The position numbers were made by a program, and so were the translations under genes. A stretch of 64,000 nucleotides of DNA from positions 3,642 through 67,641 of IMG/VR virus record IMGVR_UViG_3300043434_000700; one strand, given 5' to 3'. Origin of the DNA: a virus. Position 1 is the stretch's first letter. Every line of letters starts with the position of its first letter. Below the pieces are notes generated by a model. That model was not told the origin of the DNA. It did no database searches and worked only from the letters and a program-made list of their open reading frames with translations. This document shows, one piece after another, positions 59,289-64,000 of the stretch.

Positions 59289-59325
59289 TTGGAAAATTTG
59301 GTCCTTTAACCGTTAAAACTGTACA

Positions 59326-59364
59326 TAAATACATTTATGATATAGGTTCTATTACACCTATTTA
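59326..59364. promoter_or_regulatory. overlapping opposed late promoters
   Basis: TAAATA at 59326-59331 (+) and 59359-59364 (-) between divergent TMP and gp26-like genes. Confidence 0.6.
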
Positions 59365-59382
59365 CCGTTAAGGATTAACTAC

Positions 59383-60276
59383 ATGGATAACTCAAACCCA
59401 CTAAAACAGCCAATTAAGCAGCCTGTTGCCAACCCATTGGCACAATACTATCGTAAGCCTGGCACTTATATTGAACTACCAAGTGGTGGACGTTTTTATA
59501 ACACAACACCAAAGCTAAGTGACACTGGCGAATTGGCTGTATACCCAATGACTGCCAAAGATGAACTTGCGCTAAAGAATCCAGACGCGTTGTTAAACGG
59601 CGAAGCACTAAAACAAGTTATTGCTTCAGTATGCCCTGACATTGCCAATGTATCAGAAATTCCAGCGCCTGATATTGATGCTATCTTAGTTGCCATGCGT
59701 ATGACCAGCTATGGCGATGATATGGAGCTTGACGTAACCCATGGTTGTGAAGAAAGCGGTGGCAAGTCACAAAGAGTTACAGTTGGATTAGGCAGTGTGT
59801 TATCAACATCACGTGCTATTCCTGAAACATTAGGTACAGTAACATTAGCAAATGGCGTAGTTGTACAGCTAAAGCCATATACATTAGAAGCACAAAGTCG
59901 CTTACTTCGTGTGCAATTTAACACAATGCGCCAGTTACAAGGTGCAGAAGCCAACGAAAACTCTACCATTGAACAAAAAGCAGATATTGCCAATCGCGGG
60001 TATGATCAGTTGGTTGCACTAAGTCAAGATATCCTTGCCGCTAGTATCACAGTTGTTCGATTACCAGACGGTGTTGAAGTAACAAATTTCAATCACATTT
60101 ACGAATGGGTTAAGAACTTAGATCGTGCAAGTAACGAACGTCTTGACGAGGAAATTAAAGCATTTGGCAAGTATGGTATCACTCGCACATTAGAAGTAAC
60201 TTGCGATCATTGCAAAAACAAATTTACTACTGATATGCTATTTGATCCCACAAGTTTTTTCAGCGTCGGCTCTTGA
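59383..60276 (+). CDS. 26: baseplate hub / tail assembly chaperone (gp26-like)
   Basis: LPSGG, PMTAKDE...PD.L.NG, D.DAIL.A.R..SYG, C..C, FDPTSFF. Confidence 0.78.
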   Translation: MDNSNPLKQPIKQPVANPLAQYYRKPGTYIELPSGGRFYNTTPKLSDTGELAVYPMTAKDELALKNPDALLNGEALKQVIASVCPDIANVSEIPAPDIDAILVAMRMTSYGDDMELDVTHGCEESGGKSQRVTVGLGSVLSTSRAIPETLGTVTLANGVVVQLKPYTLEAQSRLLRVQFNTMRQLQGAEANENSTIEQKADIANRGYDQLVALSQDILAASITVVRLPDGVEVTNFNHIYEWVKNLDRASNERLDEEIKAFGKYGITRTLEVTCDHCKNKFTTDMLFDPTSFFSVGS

Positions 60277-60494
60277 GTCTAGGACTTGATCGAAACAAAA
60301 TTAGACGTTTCATCGAAGGCATTGAAAACGAGTCAAGAGCCGTAATCAAAGAAGTATCTATGTTAAGTGTATGGGGCGGCATAAGTCCACAAGAAATTTG
60401 GAACATGACTCACGAAGAAAGAAAAGTGTTAAGTGAAGTCATTAAAGAACACACAGAAACTATGTACGGCAAAAAGGGTATTGCTCGTCATTAA
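60246..60494 (+). CDS. gp51-like ORF, probably reached by -1 frameshift
   Basis: GGIS..EIWNM..EER pattern; no ATG or SD near its 5' end (only TTG 60273); frame open from 60246 across T TTT TTC. Confidence 0.65.
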   Translation, partial: SHKFFQRRLLSLGLDRNKIRRFIEGIENESRAVIKEVSMLSVWGGISPQEIWNMTHEERKVLSEVIKEHTETMYGKKGIARH

Positions 60495-61122
60495 TAGCCA
60501 TTTGTTAAGCTATCTTAGTAGAGCGAATACTTCGCTCTCGAATTTCGTATCGCTTCGCTCAACTCATTCAGTTTACTATAACCTATTTTTTTAGATTTAA
60601 CACGATTTACTATGATACTTGTGTTGTTTCTTAATACATGAACTACATAATGAATACTTGACCTGATGCTTCAGTCACACTTAGCCGTTTTACCGGCTAA
60701 GATAAAAACACTTGACCCGAAGTCCAATGCCACATTCAATTACAGCAACTACTTAAAGTTAGGGCGGTCACGCTGTACCCTTTTACGCTTTTCTTATTAT
60801 GACGCTACTGCACACACCCAATTGAAATAACGTGTGCAATATGCAGGTTGTAATAGTTCACCATTGCCTGCTCTTTCTAGCTTTACGTATACTAAACTCA
60901 GATCTTTTCAAGCAATTGATCTACGTCCTGTGAAGGATAGTGAGTGTTAGTCTCCGCTACCGCACGGAAGTTCCTTCCCCAGCGCAACCCTGGTGCCTGG
61001 TTTTATGGGTGTCATAGTATCGGCGACACAAGCCTATCAGTAGTAAATGAGTCTGGGGGAGTTAGCGGTTTACGCAGGAAGTATAAGGATTTATCTGTTG
61101 AACAGATGAGTTAACCGTGTAG
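60495..61122 (-). ncRNA. candidate large structured ncRNA or origin region
   Basis: 628 nt with no ORF of 60 aa or more, between convergent genes; about 9 stem-loops. Confidence 0.5.
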
Positions 61123-61548
61123 TTAAAGTTTGTCTTTGATATGATTTTTATGTACTTTTAAGTTGATAATGCCGTTATAGTAGTCTGCTGATTCAAGTAC
61201 TTTTCTGTCAAATTGTTCTTTTGCTTCTATGTAAGAGCATACAGCTTTTGCATTGCAATAGTGCAGTATCTCTCTTTTAAATTTATCTGGGCCTAGTTGA
61301 GCTAAGTCTGCCAAAAGTTCTACAGATGAGCCATAATATGTTTGCCAGTCGGATTCAATCTTACTTTTGATCTTCTTCCGCTTTTTTGTACCATTCTTTA
61401 GTTTAACAACCCGGTATGTGGTTTTAGAAAACTTTGATAGCTTCTTCCCCACATACTTTCGGTTGTTAGTTAGGTTTGTTATAAGGTACACAAACCCAAC
61501 GCAGTCATCGGGTAATGTGTCTACAACTTGATCGTTGTAAAACCACAT
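61123..61548 (-). CDS. stand-alone GIY-YIG (Seg-like) nuclease domain
   Basis: GFVYLITN...KYVGKK, W..YYGS, FKREIL, E..EQF and YYN motifs. Confidence 0.75.
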   Translation of the reverse strand: MWFYNDQVVDTLPDDCVGFVYLITNLTNNRKYVGKKLSKFSKTTYRVVKLKNGTKKRKKIKSKIESDWQTYYGSSVELLADLAQLGPDKFKREILHYCNAKAVCSYIEAKEQFDRKVLESADYYNGIINLKVHKNHIKDKL

Positions 61549-61733
61549 TACTTGGCTGCTAACGCTTCTTTCTCCGCTGTAATCTCTTTACGGCGTTCCT
61601 TGATAGCTTTAGACATTTCCTGTAGTGCTTTACGAGCACGAGCGGCAGCGGCCTTAACGCCTTTACCTGCAAATTTTTCGTTTTCAGCCTTGTATGCTTC
61701 AAACTGTTCTAGTAAAATTTCATGATTTGTCAT
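61548..61733 (-). CDS. histone H1-like (Hc1-type) small basic protein
   Basis: EKF..KGVKAAAARARKALQE..K..KERRKEI. Confidence 0.7.
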   Translation of the reverse strand: MTNHEILLEQFEAYKAENEKFAGKGVKAAAARARKALQEMSKAIKERRKEITAEKEALAAK

Positions 61734-61741
61734 AATGTTCC

Positions 61742-63517
61742 TTAATTTTCAATGACTTGCGTATCCGCTTCAAGCATAGTGAATCCATTTTCCTTGACTA
61801 CCATAAGCACATTATTAACACGGCTTGCTAGTTCATCTCTGTGTGAGATTAAGAAAATGTTACGATTCATTTCCCGACCCATTGACTTTAGAACTGACAT
61901 GGAGTGTTCGATACCCACACTATCCATTCCAGAATCAACAAGCTCGTCAATAAACATCAAGTTCATTGGCTCAGTGAAGCTTTCATACACATCTCTAAAA
62001 CTCCAGCTCAATGCCAGAATTAAACGATTTCGTTCTCCTCGACTTAGGTTATCAAAGTCAAAACTTTGTCCTAGTTGGCTAATGTCTACTTCCAAATCAC
62101 TTTTAAATGTAACTTGGTGGGGTAGTTGTAACTTATCCAAATAGTAACTTAGTCTATGATTCAAATACGCCAAGTTCTGTTCAATAATTCGCTTTCGTAC
62201 AAATGAGTCCTTGCTTGTTAACAACTTTAACAAAAACTCTTGATGCTCAAGTAGCTTACTTACTCTGTTAATTTCATCCCAGCTAACCAGAGCTAGCGCA
62301 GTATTACGCATTGCTTCAATTTGTTCTTGATAAGGATCTTCTTCTTGGACCTTTGCATCAAGTTGCTTACGAATGTTTTCTAAGTTGTTCTTGTGAGCAG
62401 CCGCATCAGCTACGTCCTGATACTTGGTACGTGGTCGATCGCCCAAGTTGCCAATAGTTCGAACAGCCATATCAGCTTGAGCTAGATAGCCATGTTCTTC
62501 ACGAAGCGCATTAACAGTTAAGTCTACGGCGGCTTGCGCATCTGCGGCCATTTGGTCATGCTTCTCGTCATGAACATCTTGACCGCAAGATGGACATTGG
62601 TGAGCCTTGATAGATTCCAAACTCTTTTGTGCAACTGCCAGTGCATCCTGCAACTTCTTAACGTTGCTTTGGCGAGTAGCTAATTCTTTGTTGGCTAACT
62701 TAAGGCGACTTTCGTTATCCTTGTAAAGAGCCACAGCACGGTGAGCCTCTAGTTCGGCTTCAATGTCTGTGTTTTCTAATTCTGTAATAGCCGCCTCAAA
62801 TGCAGCCACGTCAGTTTCTTTCTTACTAGTCCACACACGACTGCGGCGTTCTAAGTCATCAATAGCTGATTGAACACGAGCATTACTTTCTTGCAGGGCT
62901 TTGATGCGTGACTCTTCGTCTTTGATATCATCCTTGCTTTTCTTAATGAACTCTCGAAGGATCTCAGCTTTCTCACTTAACTGAGTAATGCCCAGTAGTT
63001 CTTCAATGATGTCACGTTGCTCACCACTTTTCAAACTCAAGAAAGGCTGAGTGTAAGTGTTTAGTGCAACAAGGTGCTTGAACATTTCTGCACTCATGCC
63101 AACAACTTTTTCAATTGCTTCTTGAGTTACACGGTTCTCACCAGCACCTTCGTCTGTACCTGATTCGTTGACTTCATGATCGTCAACTAAGAATCGCAAC
63201 ACGTTAGGTTTACGACCACGTTCAATTGTATACTTGGCACCGTTCTTTTCAAACTCAACTGTGACCAACATGCCTTTGGTATTAGTTTTGTTGATAAGGT
63301 TCTCTTTACGAATGTTTGTAAGTGCATTGCCATAGATAGCATAAGACAACGCATTGACCATTGTAGTTTTACCTACGCCGTTACGAGCACCATCGCCACC
63401 TAAGTCTAAGTTGTTACCTAACACAAGAGTCAACCCATGTTGATTCATGCGGAGGCCTTGGGTAACATTACCCACACTCATAAAGTTTTTAATTGTTAGA
63501 TTGTTAAACTTAATCAA
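61742..63517 (-). CDS. 46: SbcC/Rad50-like recombination nuclease ATPase subunit
   Basis: KNFMSVG, NGVGKT, CPSC hook, LSRGE signature, FIDE and ISH motifs. Confidence 0.93.
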   Translation of the reverse strand: MIKFNNLTIKNFMSVGNVTQGLRMNQHGLTLVLGNNLDLGGDGARNGVGKTTMVNALSYAIYGNALTNIRKENLINKTNTKGMLVTVEFEKNGAKYTIERGRKPNVLRFLVDDHEVNESGTDEGAGENRVTQEAIEKVVGMSAEMFKHLVALNTYTQPFLSLKSGEQRDIIEELLGITQLSEKAEILREFIKKSKDDIKDEESRIKALQESNARVQSAIDDLERRSRVWTSKKETDVAAFEAAITELENTDIEAELEAHRAVALYKDNESRLKLANKELATRQSNVKKLQDALAVAQKSLESIKAHQCPSCGQDVHDEKHDQMAADAQAAVDLTVNALREEHGYLAQADMAVRTIGNLGDRPRTKYQDVADAAAHKNNLENIRKQLDAKVQEEDPYQEQIEAMRNTALALVSWDEINRVSKLLEHQEFLLKLLTSKDSFVRKRIIEQNLAYLNHRLSYYLDKLQLPHQVTFKSDLEVDISQLGQSFDFDNLSRGERNRLILALSWSFRDVYESFTEPMNLMFIDELVDSGMDSVGIEHSMSVLKSMGREMNRNIFLISHRDELASRVNNVLMVVKENGFTMLEADTQVIEN

Positions 63518-64000
63518 ACTGTCAGTCCTTGGTAAATTTGCACAAGAATTTGTCTATCAATAACATCAGAGTCAATTGCTTGAATCTGATTTAACACAAT
63601 AGCGTCAACAGATTCAAATTGAATCTCACCGCCTTGCCATTCAGTTGCGTGTTCTTCCTTCTTGCCAGGAATAAGCGACAGCTCACGCATGTTATACGTC
63701 TCTGCCCACTGTTCTTTAATATACGTTGCTTCTTCGTAGCTAATGTCTACGTCGATTGTAATACGAGCAAACGTTTGTTCATCAAACAGTTCAGCATGAC
63801 GATCAATGGCTTGTGTTAGTGTAAGTGTTTTAAACTTAGGAGCTCCTGGCCATGTGCGGAAGTCTGGTTCACTACCATACTCCAAGAACATGCAACCACG
63901 TTCGTCATCCCAGGCATCAGCATAGTTATGGGGAAAGCAATTACCCATGTACACAATATTGCCTTTGCGCTGGCGCTTGTGAAAGTGTCCGCTAAACACT
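63514..64000 (-). CDS. 47: SbcD/Mre11-like nuclease subunit, 5'-truncated by window
   Basis: FSGHFHKRQ...Y.G..F..NY.D..D.ERG; overlaps gp46 start. Confidence 0.88.
   Translation of the reverse strand, partial: VFSGHFHKRQRKGNIVYMGNCFPHNYADAWDDERGCMFLEYGSEPDFRTWPGAPKFKTLTLTQAIDRHAELFDEQTFARITIDVDISYEEATYIKEQWAETYNMRELSLIPGKKEEHATEWQGGEIQFESVDAIVLNQIQAIDSDVIDRQILVQIYQGLTV

Noticed and set aside
60495-61122. tRNA cluster
   Set aside because: No GTTCRA T-loop with a cloverleaf and acceptor stem recognised on either strand
60495-61548. Group I intron carrying the GIY-YIG gene
   Set aside because: Flanking genes are convergent and look complete, so there is no interrupted exon pair; I could not identify the P7 core by eye (a covariance search is still advisable)
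1-64000. Stop-codon reassignment as in some jumbo phages
   Set aside because: Core genes are full length and tightly packed under the standard code

Overview
This 64-kb window is the core replication and morphogenesis region of a large T4-related (jumbo-type) myophage, read almost entirely on the minus strand in the standard genetic code. Replication and recombination genes include gp41 helicase, gp61 primase, a 192-aa minimal DnaE-like polymerase, UvsW, UvsX, UvsY, gp32, gp46/47, dNMP kinase and an RNA ligase. Head genes include gp17, a probable gp16, gp4, gp20, gp21, gp22 and gp23. Neck and tail genes include gp13/14/15, sheath, two tube-family proteins, a tape-measure-like protein, a gp26/gp51-like pair and several long Ala-rich or collagen-like fibres. 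Gene content and order suggest the RaK2/GAP32-like jumbo group (inference). I found no tRNA, rRNA, CRISPR array, integrase or reverse transcriptase. Two promoter classes are visible: sigma70-like TTGACA-17-TATAAT and late TAA(A/G)TA. Main oddities: (1) a ~630-nt, hairpin-dense, ORF-free region directly downstream of a stand-alone GIY-YIG nuclease domain (candidate large ncRNA or RNA-primed origin); (2) a predicted -1 frameshift fusing the gp26- and gp51-like ORFs; (3) widespread apparently leaderless genes; (4) RBS-sequestering hairpins around late promoters; (5) the mini-DnaE; (6) a degenerate stand-alone Hint-like protein. All product calls come from motif recognition by eye, not database searches.
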